Shown: piece by piece, positions 1 to 9,309 of the stretch | Layout: each line of letters opens with the position of its first letter | How positions within the stretch are numbered: the stretch's first letter is position 1 | Assembly: GCA_963718525.1 (NCBI GenBank) | Contig: OY970355.1 | Location: 1,792,001 to 1,856,000 of the forward strand | Direction of reading: 5' to 3' | Length of the DNA stretch: 64,000 nucleotides | Source of the DNA: Candidatus Dormiibacterota bacterium | Lineage (GTDB): Bacteria > Chloroflexota > Dormibacteria > Aeolococcales > Aeolococcaceae | Notes under the pieces: generated by a model | Told to the model about the DNA's origin: nothing | The model's database searches: none | Seen by the model: the letters and a program-made list of their open reading frames with translations, nothing else | Position numbers and translations under genes: made by a program

Positions 1-38
1 GAGCGTGGACCGCATCTGGAGGGTCAGCAGCGGCTGAC

Positions 39-2624
39 TTAACTTTGGGCCGCCGCCTTCCTTGCGGCGGCGTGGCGCCGCCCGACTGAAGCTTTACCGG
101 CTTCCACATCCTGAACGGCAGCCGGCTGAGGATTTGCAACGATATCGGCGGCCAGGGCCACAAGCGCGGCGGTGAAGCCCTGGCGATCTATGCGACCACT
201 CGCGAAGTCTCGAGCCAGCCGTTCGAGTTGATAACCGAGGAGCGACGGAGCTGTCGGCGACTGAATCTGGAACACCCGCGGGTGCGCCGTCTGGACGCGG
301 TGTTCATGATCGTAGATCAGCTCTTCGTGAAGCTTTTCCCCGGAACGGAGCCCTGTGTACTCGAGTGCGATGTCAACATGCGGCCGCAGCCCGCGTAGAC
401 GGATCATCTTGTACGCGAGGTCTTCGATCCGTATGCGGTCGCCCATGTCGAGCATAAAGACATCATTCGCGACGCTCAGGCTAGCGGCCTCGACGATGAG
501 CGCCGCCGCCTCCTCCGGATGCATGAAGTACCGCGTCATGTCGGTGTGGGTGATGGTCACCGGGCCGCCCAATTCGATTTGTCGCTCGAACGTTGGGATG
601 ACGCTGCCCCGGCTCCCGAGCACATTGCCGAACCGCACCACGGTCATCCCTTCATCGGTTACGGGTGCGGCGTGGCCATTGCTCTTTGCCTCGCGCAACT
701 CGTGCACCAGGATCTCGGCCATACGCTTGGTGGCGCCCATCACCGACGAGGGGTTCACTGCCTTATCGGTCGACACCAGCACGAAACGCCCAGAGCCGCA
801 CTGCGCCGCGGCGTCAGCCATCACCCAAGTGCCCCACACGTTGGTCCACGCGGCTTCGTGCGGATACAACTCCATGAGCGGCACGTGCTTGTACGCAGCC
901 ACATGGAAGATGATCTGCGGATGCTCGGTCCGCACAACATCGAGCATTCGTGCGCGATTGGTGACGTCGCCGACGACGATGGACAATTCCGCCTCGGCTC
1001 CGAGCGCCCTGATCTCGACCGCGAGATCATAAAGGCCGCTCTCGTTCATGTCGACGGCGACGATACGGGCCGGGCGGAGGCCCAGCATCTGGCGGATCAA
1101 CTCAGACCCGATCGATCCGCATGCTCCTGTCACAAGTACCGTCTGGCCACCTACCAGACCGCGGCAGCGCTCGTGGTCCAAAGCGGCCGCCTGGCGGCCG
1201 ATGAGATCCTCGGCTCTCATGTCGCGGAGCAGCGCCGCAGAGTAGCGATCGCCCATCCAGTTGACGAGGTCGTGCGCCACCTTGATCTGAGCAGCGGTGC
1301 CATGGGCAAAGGCCAGGATGTCGCGCATGTCGCTCCCGGTGGTACTCCCCATCGCCAACACAATGACGTCGACATTCTCCTTTGCGACGAAGGCCCGCAG
1401 AACGCCCCGTCCGCCGACCACCTTGATGCCGTGAACCGTGAGCCCGTGTTTGCTGGAATCGTCATCCAGGAAGCCAACAACCCGGTAGCGACGTCCGTCG
1501 GCGTGCGTTCGGAGCCGGCGGACGAGTAGCTGCCCGAGTTCGCCGGCGCCGTACACAACGGCACGCGTCGGCTGCCGAGGGCTCGACGACGACTGAGGGT
1601 TCACCAGGCCGGAGAGTGCATGTGGAATCCTGCTGCGATAGCGAAACACCACAAACCCGACCGCGCTGAAGCAACTGCCGACCAGGACAACACTCAGGGG
1701 AAGTGGGCGTAAGGGGGCACCGGGATGGAAGAGGTCAAAGAGCGTTGCCGCTCCGGTGGAGATTAACGCTGCCACAGCAATTGGAAGCACCTCAACACCC
1801 GCGGCGTACTGCCACGCGCGTCGGTGGAGCCGGAACCCCACGTTCACCAGCGCGAAACCGACAGCCGTGAGTGCGATGGCGCGCGCAGCAGCGGCGTCGC
1901 TCTCTGTTCCATACGGATGAGCGGCGTCGAGGAAGCGGAGGAGATAGACAAGGACGAAGCTCGCGGTCGCGATGATGGCGTCGGCAAGAAACCACGGGAG
2001 CGCCCTTCGCACGACGCGCACCAACACACCAAGGAGGCGCGCCATCAACCAACCGGCCGCGCGGGCAATGATCCAGACATCGGTTGCCACGGTACGGTGC
2101 TGGATGTAACGCAGCTCGACGAGGCGATCGCTTGCGACCCCCTCGTCGTTGTCAATTGGATCGCCGGTATTGCCTGCTGCGATCGACCGTCCGTGAGCGC
2201 GCCAGGCAGGGGAGACCAGTCCCGGCCGAACCTCCAGGAGCCGTGCTGCCGACGGCGTCAACCACGCGGAATCTGCGACGGTAGCGGGGCGCGGTCCAAC
2301 CATGCTGAGCTGGCCCCTGAGCACGTTAACAAGCTCAGGAAGTCCGGAAATGCCCAAGACGTCCAGGACGCGCCCTGCTCCACCCGATGACAGTCGGATG
2401 AGCCGGAATGGTTCTCCGCCCTTTCCTGCGCGCTCCTCGCGAAGGAACGCTCGGGAATGCAAGACCAGCTTCAGATAGATAGCAGCCAGGCCGATGATCG
2501 GGCTCGAGAGCGTGAGGGCGATGGCTGCAACCGCGAGGTCGAAGAGCCGCCCACCTCGGGTATCCCGTGCGATCACATACCTCCCTGCGCGCTCCGGCTC
2601 CCCTTCCCCGGTGGACCTTACCAA
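39..2624 (-). CDS. Fusion: N-terminal degenerate phosphoglycosyltransferase (Bac_transf-like) domain + TM region + PglF/CapD-type nucleotide-sugar 4,6-dehydratase
   Basis: N-term LPELVNVLRGQLSMVGPRP; then VYGAGELG, VTGACGSIGSEL, HVAAYKHVPLME, STDKAVNPSSVMGATK, VRFGNVLGSRGSV, GEKLHEEL. Confidence 0.9.
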   Translation of the reverse strand: MVRSTGEGEPERAGRYVIARDTRGGRLFDLAVAAIALTLSSPIIGLAAIYLKLVLHSRAFLREERAGKGGEPFRLIRLSSGGAGRVLDVLGISGLPELVNVLRGQLSMVGPRPATVADSAWLTPSAARLLEVRPGLVSPAWRAHGRSIAAGNTGDPIDNDEGVASDRLVELRYIQHRTVATDVWIIARAAGWLMARLLGVLVRVVRRALPWFLADAIIATASFVLVYLLRFLDAAHPYGTESDAAAARAIALTAVGFALVNVGFRLHRRAWQYAAGVEVLPIAVAALISTGAATLFDLFHPGAPLRPLPLSVVLVGSCFSAVGFVVFRYRSRIPHALSGLVNPQSSSSPRQPTRAVVYGAGELGQLLVRRLRTHADGRRYRVVGFLDDDSSKHGLTVHGIKVVGGRGVLRAFVAKENVDVIVLAMGSTTGSDMRDILAFAHGTAAQIKVAHDLVNWMGDRYSAALLRDMRAEDLIGRQAAALDHERCRGLVGGQTVLVTGACGSIGSELIRQMLGLRPARIVAVDMNESGLYDLAVEIRALGAEAELSIVVGDVTNRARMLDVVRTEHPQIIFHVAAYKHVPLMELYPHEAAWTNVWGTWVMADAAAQCGSGRFVLVSTDKAVNPSSVMGATKRMAEILVHELREAKSNGHAAPVTDEGMTVVRFGNVLGSRGSVIPTFERQIELGGPVTITHTDMTRYFMHPEEAAALIVEAASLSVANDVFMLDMGDRIRIEDLAYKMIRLRGLRPHVDIALEYTGLRSGEKLHEELIYDHEHRVQTAHPRVFQIQSPTAPSLLGYQLERLARDFASGRIDRQGFTAALVALAADIVANPQPAAVQDVEAGKASVGRRHAAARKAAAQS

Positions 2625-2719
2625 ATGGTCTCTAGCAATGCAACCCCACCAAGCGCCCCCCTCCTTTCACCACAATCTCGGGCCTATGGAGCAAACTCGT
2701 CACCCGTATGGAAGGCTGA

Positions 2720-3397
2720 TTGACAGTGAAGACACCATTTGGGATCTCTAGTCGAGGACGAGTCGCGAGGGGCTCGGTTGGAGTTTCGTCGTTGCCGCGC
2801 TCCGGATACCGTGGCAAGCGGCTCCTGGACCTTGCCTGCGTCTGCGTGCTTGCACCGCCCGCCGCCGCCATCGGCGCATTCTGCGCGATTGCGGTGCGAA
2901 TGACTTCATCCGGCCCTTGCCTTTTTCGCCAACAACGTGTGGGTCGAGACGGGCAACCATTCACCATTCTGAAGTTTCGTACCATGATCCACGCAGATAA
3001 TCCCCTCCATCCGGAAACGGACCGGATCACGACCGTCGGGGGGTGGCTGCGCCGGAGCTCATTTGACGAGCTGCCACAGCTCTGGAACGTCGTTCGCGGC
3101 GACATGAGCATGGTCGGACCCCGCCCGACCCTCGCATACCAAGTGGATCGTTACACGCCGAGGCAGCGCGGCCGGCTCTCAGTGCTTCCAGGAATCACTG
3201 GCCTAGCGCAGATTCGCGGGCGCAACGGTATCTCGTGGTCGCAGCGCATCGACTTCGACCTCGAATATGTTCAGCGTCAGAGCCTGCGACTGGATTTGAC
3301 CATCCTGTCTCTGACCCTTTTTGCCGTCCTCAAGCGCGAGGGGGTCGAGGGCCACCCGCGAGACGACCCGCTGGCTCGCGTTGACGATGGTGGATGA
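2720..3397 (+). CDS. Small monotopic phosphoglycosyltransferase (PglC-like priming sugar transferase)
   Basis: KRLLD, KFRTM, DELPQLWNVVRGDMSMVGPRP, PGITGLAQ; exact start uncertain. Confidence 0.92.
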   Translation: MTVKTPFGISSRGRVARGSVGVSSLPRSGYRGKRLLDLACVCVLAPPAAAIGAFCAIAVRMTSSGPCLFRQQRVGRDGQPFTILKFRTMIHADNPLHPETDRITTVGGWLRRSSFDELPQLWNVVRGDMSMVGPRPTLAYQVDRYTPRQRGRLSVLPGITGLAQIRGRNGISWSQRIDFDLEYVQRQSLRLDLTILSLTLFAVLKREGVEGHPRDDPLARVDDGG

Positions 3398-4527
3398 TGG
3401 CCCCGATGCGAATCAAGCTCGCATGTCCTGACGTGGGCGACGAGGAGGCCGAGGCAGTCCGCCGCGTCCTGATGTCGGGCGTGCTGACCAACGGGCCTGC
3501 GATTCGAGAATTCGAGACCGCCTTTGCGCAGAGGCACCAGGTCGAGCACGCGATAGCCTTCGCCAACGGCACGGTCGCCCTCGCGGCGATGTATCTGGGC
3601 CTCGACATCGGACCAGGTGACGAGGTCATCGTCCCTTCAATGACCTTTATCTCCTCGGCGACGTCAGTGCTGCATGTGGGGGCGACACCCGTGTTTGCCG
3701 ACGTGCTACCAGACACGTTTAACGTCGATCCTCGTGACGTTCTGCAACGAATAACGCCGCGCACACGCGCAATACTCGCCGTCCATTACGGTGGTCAGCC
3801 AGCCGACATGGCTGAACTCTCCGACATCGCCCGCGATGCCGGCGTCGTGATGCTCGAGGATGCCGCCGAAGCCCACGGTGCTTCGTACCGCGGGCAGCCG
3901 GTCGGAGGGCTTGGCAAAGCCGCGATGTTCAGCTTTACCCCCACCAAGAACATCACGACCGGCGAGGGAGGGATCGTCACAACCAATGACGGTGACCTCG
4001 CCGCCCGTCTTCGGCTACTTCGCAACCACGGCCAGACGTCACTCTACCAACACGCAGTCCTGGGGTTCAACTGGCGCATGACCGAGATGCAGGCGGCCAT
4101 GGGCGTCGTTCAACTCGGTCGCCTCGACGATATCATCAGGCGAAAGCGCACGAACGCGACAACCTTCGGCGATCGGTTGCGCCTGATCCGCGGCGTGACA
4201 CCGCCAGCAGCGCAACCGGACCGAGAGCACGTCTACATGCTCTTCACGACCCTCCTGGACAGCCGTCGCGACGAGGTGCGGGATGCGATGCTCAGGGCCG
4301 GCGTCGAAGTGCGGCTGTACTTCCCGCCCGCACATCGGCAGCCCATCTTCGCCAACCGCCACGTGGATCTTCCAGTCACCGAAGACCTGAGCAGGCGGAT
4401 GCTCTCGCTGCCGTTCCATACGCGGTTAACGGGCCGACAGTTCGAGGATATTGCATCGACACTTGAAAGAGCGCTGGCCGGTGTCGGCGCGCATGAAACG
4501 TGCCGTGAACCGGCTTGTGATTGCTAG
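3394..4527 (+). CDS. DegT/DnrJ/EryC1/StrS PLP-dependent sugar aminotransferase
   Basis: NGTVAL, EDAAEAHG, FSFTPTKNITTGEGG; ATGA overlap with upstream gene. Confidence 0.93.
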   Translation: MMAPMRIKLACPDVGDEEAEAVRRVLMSGVLTNGPAIREFETAFAQRHQVEHAIAFANGTVALAAMYLGLDIGPGDEVIVPSMTFISSATSVLHVGATPVFADVLPDTFNVDPRDVLQRITPRTRAILAVHYGGQPADMAELSDIARDAGVVMLEDAAEAHGASYRGQPVGGLGKAAMFSFTPTKNITTGEGGIVTTNDGDLAARLRLLRNHGQTSLYQHAVLGFNWRMTEMQAAMGVVQLGRLDDIIRRKRTNATTFGDRLRLIRGVTPPAAQPDREHVYMLFTTLLDSRRDEVRDAMLRAGVEVRLYFPPAHRQPIFANRHVDLPVTEDLSRRMLSLPFHTRLTGRQFEDIASTLERALAGVGAHETCREPACDC

Positions 4528-4928
4528 CGCCGGTGGCGGTCGTTGCGACACCTCGTCGTCGAGGAGCGATGCCACTCGTAGCCGCGCTGGCGATCTGCTG
4601 GCCCGTCAGGTCGTGCGGCGCTATCAGCAAACGCATCTCGAACCACCTGCTGCTCGAGTGCCGACGCCGCCACCGAGGCCTGAGCCATTTGCTGGAGCTG
4701 ACCAGCTTTCATCGGTCCATGGCGGCTGCCCGGATTTGCAGAGTGGAGAAGGTCATGATCGACAGCCGGTCAGCGCCGGTAGGGTGCCGCAGCCGATGAC
4801 GACGGATCCTGGCACGGCGGCGCTGTCTCCCGGTCGGGTCGATCAGCGTCAGGACTGCCGTCGATCACGCCCCTGGCTACAGCCACCTGGCTCGGCCCCG
4901 ACGTGTCAGTTGCGTGTATTCCGAATAG

Positions 4929-5474
4929 ATGCGCCAGACTACAGTCGTCCATGGAAGATTCGATTACGCGAAACGGGCTCCTGCCATGAATTTGTGGAGC
5001 CGACACCTCGGCGGTGTGGATGGCGTCGAGGTCATTCCGGGCCTATGGATGGGGGCAGCTCCGAGTCGGCGCACGGCCCTCAGGCTTGCTCGTGCCGGCG
5101 TGACCCACGCTATCGATCTCCGCAGCTGCGGAGGCGCGGTGCCCGCGACCACTTGGCCAGAGGCCGTGTTCAAACACCGCTATCCCCTGGAGGAATATGA
5201 GGCCCCCGAGATCGTGGAATTGAGCCAGATGAGCAGCGAGGTCGCCAGCCTCGTCGCTCAGGGAGAGGTCGTTTATATCCACTGCCGCGCGGGTGTCCAG
5301 CGTGCACCCTTGGTCGCCTGTGCCGTCCTTATGCAGATGGGCTGGTCACTCGCTGATGCCTACCGCATGGTCAGTGCGAGGCGAGCGGCCACAGCCATGA
5401 GCGGAGACCAGTTGAGCGTGTTGCGGGAATTCGCGAATTGGTTGGGCAGCCAGGCGACCTCGACAACTCAATGA
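4929..5474 (+). CDS. Dual-specificity (Cys-based, CX5R) protein phosphatase
   Basis: VYIHCRAGVQRA P-loop; EVIPGLWMG, AGVTHAIDLR; start could be ATG 4986. Confidence 0.85.
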   Translation: MRQTTVVHGRFDYAKRAPAMNLWSRHLGGVDGVEVIPGLWMGAAPSRRTALRLARAGVTHAIDLRSCGGAVPATTWPEAVFKHRYPLEEYEAPEIVELSQMSSEVASLVAQGEVVYIHCRAGVQRAPLVACAVLMQMGWSLADAYRMVSARRAATAMSGDQLSVLREFANWLGSQATSTTQ

Positions 5475-5544
5475 CAAGTGTGGCCCTGTGGCACGACAAT
5501 CATCTCTGCGGGACAAGAAGCCGATGGTCGAAGGGGATGAGAGG

Positions 5545-6312
5545 ATGATCAGAAGTTGGGCCGAGCATTCTCGGGCGTTCTCCGGAAGGTATGTTGCCGT
5601 CACGGGGGCACAAGGCGGAATCGGACAGGCTACGGCAAGGGCATTTGCCGAGGCCGGAGCCACCGTGATCACCATTGACCGGACGCTGGAAGAGGCCAAC
5701 CGCGCCGCGGCCCGGTTACCTCGAAGGACACCCAATGTAGCCCACGCACCGGTGGCGATGGATTTCGCCGAGTCGTCCTCCGTCGCCGAGGGATTACATC
5801 AGATTCGTTCAATCTCACGCAACATTGCGGCTCTCGTCAATGTAGCTGGGATGGCGGAGGATGCCCTCGTGCACATGGTCACTCCGGAATCCATTCGGCG
5901 GCACATGCAGATAAACTTCGAAGCCCATGTTCAGATCACGCAGTACGTCACCAGAATGATGCTGCGTTCAGGTGGGGGGTCGGTGGTTAACGTGTCGAGT
6001 GTGACAGGGATGGATGGGAATCCCGGCCAGTTGGCATACGGATCATCCAAGGCTGCGGTGCTGTCCGCCACCCGCACCTTGTCAATGGAACTGGCTTCAC
6101 GCGGCATCCGCGTGAATGCCGTTGCTCCCGGAATGATTGACACGGACATGAGCAGGGCTTTGGACGATGCGGGCAGGGATCGCATAATGCGGCGAGTCAG
6201 CATGAAACGAATCGGAGGGCCGGAGGAGGTTGCGGCGACGATTCTTTGGCTATGTTCGCCCGCTGCCTCGTATGTCACCGGGCAGACCCTGCGCATAGAC
6301 GGCTGCATGTGA
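5545..6312 (+). CDS. SDR family oxidoreductase (FabG-like) 1
   Basis: TGAQGGIG, YGSSK, VNAVAPG, GQTLRIDG; ORF open from 5488. Confidence 0.9.
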   Translation: MIRSWAEHSRAFSGRYVAVTGAQGGIGQATARAFAEAGATVITIDRTLEEANRAAARLPRRTPNVAHAPVAMDFAESSSVAEGLHQIRSISRNIAALVNVAGMAEDALVHMVTPESIRRHMQINFEAHVQITQYVTRMMLRSGGGSVVNVSSVTGMDGNPGQLAYGSSKAAVLSATRTLSMELASRGIRVNAVAPGMIDTDMSRALDDAGRDRIMRRVSMKRIGGPEEVAATILWLCSPAASYVTGQTLRIDGCM

Positions 6313-7067
6313 TGGCGCATCGCCTCCTCGAAGGGCATCGGGTCCTCGTCACGGGCGCGAATCGCGGGATCGGGTGGGCGACGTGTCAGACGCTGGCTGC
6401 CAATGGCGCGCACGTTATAGGTGCCTCACGTTCCAGTGGTGTCGAGTTCCTAACACGGCTAGAGTCTTTGGGCAGCACGTACGGGGTCCAGGTAACGAAC
6501 GTGCAACTAGACCTGACCGACCCTGAATCCCTTAGGCTGGCGTTATCGTACGTACGCAAGTCGGAGGAACCACTTTCGGGTCTGGTCAATAATGCTGGCG
6601 TGACCTACAATGGGCTGTTGCAGATGTCCCCTCTAGAGGCCGCGCGCGATGTCTTTGAAACCAACTTCTTCGGGCTGCTGAGCCTCATGCAGGGCTGTGC
6701 GAAGCTCATGGCGCGGCAGCGTACCGGAAGCATCGTCAACGTGGCTTCCACGGCAGCTATCGACGCCAATCCCGGTAGGTCCATATACGGCGCCTCGAAG
6801 GCTGCCGTGATCACGCTGACCAAGGCGTCTGCACGCGAACTTGGGCCATTAGGTATCCGAGTGAATGCCGTAGCTCCAGGTGTGACCGAGACGGAGATGC
6901 TTGCGACCATGACCGATGAAGTGATCGCCGATGTAGAGAGAACTACAGACCTCGGTCGCCGAGGGCAACCCAGCGAGGTCGCCGAAGCAATCTGTTTTCT
7001 GCTCTCGCCCATGGCGTCCTACGTGAGCGGCCAGGTATTGCGAGTCGATGGCGGGATGCGGCCATGA
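6312..7067 (+). CDS. SDR family oxidoreductase (FabG-like) 2
   Basis: TGANRGIG, NNAG, YGASK, GQVLRVDGG; ATG at 6312 overlaps previous TGA. Confidence 0.9.
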   Translation: MAHRLLEGHRVLVTGANRGIGWATCQTLAANGAHVIGASRSSGVEFLTRLESLGSTYGVQVTNVQLDLTDPESLRLALSYVRKSEEPLSGLVNNAGVTYNGLLQMSPLEAARDVFETNFFGLLSLMQGCAKLMARQRTGSIVNVASTAAIDANPGRSIYGASKAAVITLTKASARELGPLGIRVNAVAPGVTETEMLATMTDEVIADVERTTDLGRRGQPSEVAEAICFLLSPMASYVSGQVLRVDGGMRP

Positions 7068-7904
7068 ATCTCGACGCTGTGACGGACGCTTCCTTGGCGG
7101 AAATAGCAGCCCGTTCCAGGAGGTCCGTGGTGAGCATTGGGCATGCCGCCGGTGGCATGGGGGCACATTTCGGGCCAGCGCTCTCGTTGATCGAGATAAT
7201 GGCCGTCGTATATGGCATTGCAGTTCGCCATTCGCCGATTGATCGCCTGAAACCGGATCGTGACCGAGTTCATCCTGAGCAAAGGGCATGGGAGCCTGGC
7301 GCTCTATGCGGTGCTTCACGAGTACGGATACATTGATGCAGCAGTCTTGGTCACGGCTGAGCAGGACGGAACCGTGTTACCGGGACAGCCCATCAGGAAC
7401 AGGGAGTTGGGCATCGAATTCTCCAGCGGAAGTCTCGGGATGGGCCTGTCCTTCGGTGTAGGTCTAGCGCTGTCCGCTCGGATGAGTGCTAGCGATCGCT
7501 CAATCTACGTTGTAATGGGCGACGGAGAGACCAACGAGGGCTCGGTATTGGAGGCAGCGATGTCAGCTTCTCACTTCGAGCTGGGACACCTGACGGCGAT
7601 CGTGGACGTCAATAGCCTGCAGTCCGATGGTCCCACCTCGGAGGTCATGGATTGTGACCTTCGTGCAATCTGGGGGGGCTTCGGCTGGGATGTGATCGAG
7701 GTGGATGGCCACTCAATTCCGGAACTAAGGGTGGCCCTTCTTCGTCCCGCTAGTTCGCGTCCTCGGTGCATTCTCGCCCACACGATCAAAGGAAAGGGTG
7801 TGTCGTTCATGGAAGCAGTATCGGAGTGGCACCACGGACGCATGACTGACGCACAGTTCGAGGCAGCCTCGCAAGAAGTTCACTTGGCAGATTTGGCCCC
7901 ATGA
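7064..7904 (+). pseudogene. Transketolase N-terminal (ThDP-binding) subunit with one-base frameshift near 7268 (possible sequencing error)
   Basis: Frame 1 ends ...KPDRDR, frame 2 begins FILSKGHG; GAC CGA G TTC ATC has one extra base; GSLGMG and GDGETNEG motifs intact. Confidence 0.85.
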
Positions 7905-8956
7905 AGATCCCATCCGCCAGGGGGCTGTCGCGGCTTGGACCCAGAGGCACATTTGGGGTCGCCCTCTTGGACGCGGCTACTGGAAACGATCGAATCGTCG
8001 GCCTCACGGCCGATTTGGCCATCACCGCTGGCATGGAGCGGTTCCGAGCTCAGATGCCCGAGCGCTTCGTCAACGTTGGGATAGCCGAGCAGAACATGGT
8101 GGGAATCGCCGCAGGTCTAGCCGATGATGGTTGGATCCCATTCGCAGTGACCTTTGCGAACTTTGCCGCCATGCGAAGTTGTGAGTTCGTCCGACATCAC
8201 CTTGGCTACATGCAGCAGAACGTCAAGATGGTGGGTATCGGAGCCGGATTTGCGATGGGACAATTCGGCACCACTCACTACTCCTTGGAGGACGTGGCTG
8301 TACTCAGGGCAGTCCCCAATCTGACCATCGTCAGTCCCGCAGACTGTGGTGAGGTGTACGAGGCGGTTCACGCGCTGTCGGTGTCCAGTTTCCCTGCCTA
8401 CCTGAGGCTCAGCGGGGTTCCGTCAATGCCTTCCGTCGCCCAAGAGGGGACCGAATTCCAAATCGGACGTGCTCGGGTACTCCGTGGTGGCTCAGACGTC
8501 ACTCTCGTCGCTACGGGCAGCATGGTCTCTGTTGCCCTTGGCGCGGCCTCTCTGATGTCGGGTCGGGGGCTTTCCGTTGGCGTCCTCAACATGCATACCA
8601 TCAAGCCTGTTGACGAGAAGGCACTTACCCGCCTTATGGGCCAGACAACCGCCCTAGTGACCGTCGAGGAACACTCAGTCTTGGGTGGGCTTGGTGGCGC
8701 TGTGGCTGAAGTCGTGGCCGCCATCCCCGGGGGACCGCCCGTCCTGCAACTCGGGGTACGTGATGCGTTCCCAAAGGTTGGTTCTTATCAATATGTCCTT
8801 GAACAGTGCGGGCTAACGGACCGGTCTGTTGCCGCCGCGGCCGAAGAGTGGCTCACAGCGATAAGCCGGCGGAGATCGCCCGCGGTCTGGGCAACAGCAA
8901 TCAGGCCGTCTGCAACCGGCGCGATCGCCGGCGACGCCGCGGGTTCGAGGGGCTGA
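7901..8956 (+). CDS. Transketolase C-terminal subunit
   Basis: NVGIAEQNMVG, GTTHYSLED, HTIKPVD, TVEEHSVLGGLG. Confidence 0.92.
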   Translation: MKIPSARGLSRLGPRGTFGVALLDAATGNDRIVGLTADLAITAGMERFRAQMPERFVNVGIAEQNMVGIAAGLADDGWIPFAVTFANFAAMRSCEFVRHHLGYMQQNVKMVGIGAGFAMGQFGTTHYSLEDVAVLRAVPNLTIVSPADCGEVYEAVHALSVSSFPAYLRLSGVPSMPSVAQEGTEFQIGRARVLRGGSDVTLVATGSMVSVALGAASLMSGRGLSVGVLNMHTIKPVDEKALTRLMGQTTALVTVEEHSVLGGLGGAVAEVVAAIPGGPPVLQLGVRDAFPKVGSYQYVLEQCGLTDRSVAAAAEEWLTAISRRRSPAVWATAIRPSATGAIAGDAAGSRG

Positions 8957-9048
8957 AACGCCCGGGAGAGGGGCGCCTCGCCAACTTCGCGGCCGAGCAA
9001 TCAAACGAGGCGACCATGTCCGCCGATCAAGAGGAGAACGGATCCAAA

Positions 9049-9309
9049 ATGAAGGCTGAAGAGGCTCTCAAGTTGGCCTTTGCCGAGGGTCTGGGGTTGC
9101 CCGTTGATGATGTGGACTGGCCCGCGCTAGCGTATCGCGGCATCCCTGAGTGGGATTCAGTAGCTCACATGCAGGTCGTTGCTGAGATCGAAGATGCCTT
9201 CGATATCATGCTGGAAATTGACGATGTCGTTGCGATGTCGAGCTTCGAGGTGGCCAAAGAGATTTTGACTAAGTATGGCGTTAGTTTCTCCGGTAACGAT
9301 GCTACTTGA
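9049..9309 (+). CDS. Acyl carrier protein
   Basis: Small acidic protein with WDSVAHM phosphopantetheine-site motif; GAGGAG upstream of ATG 9049. Confidence 0.88.
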   Translation: MKAEEALKLAFAEGLGLPVDDVDWPALAYRGIPEWDSVAHMQVVAEIEDAFDIMLEIDDVVAMSSFEVAKEILTKYGVSFSGNDAT

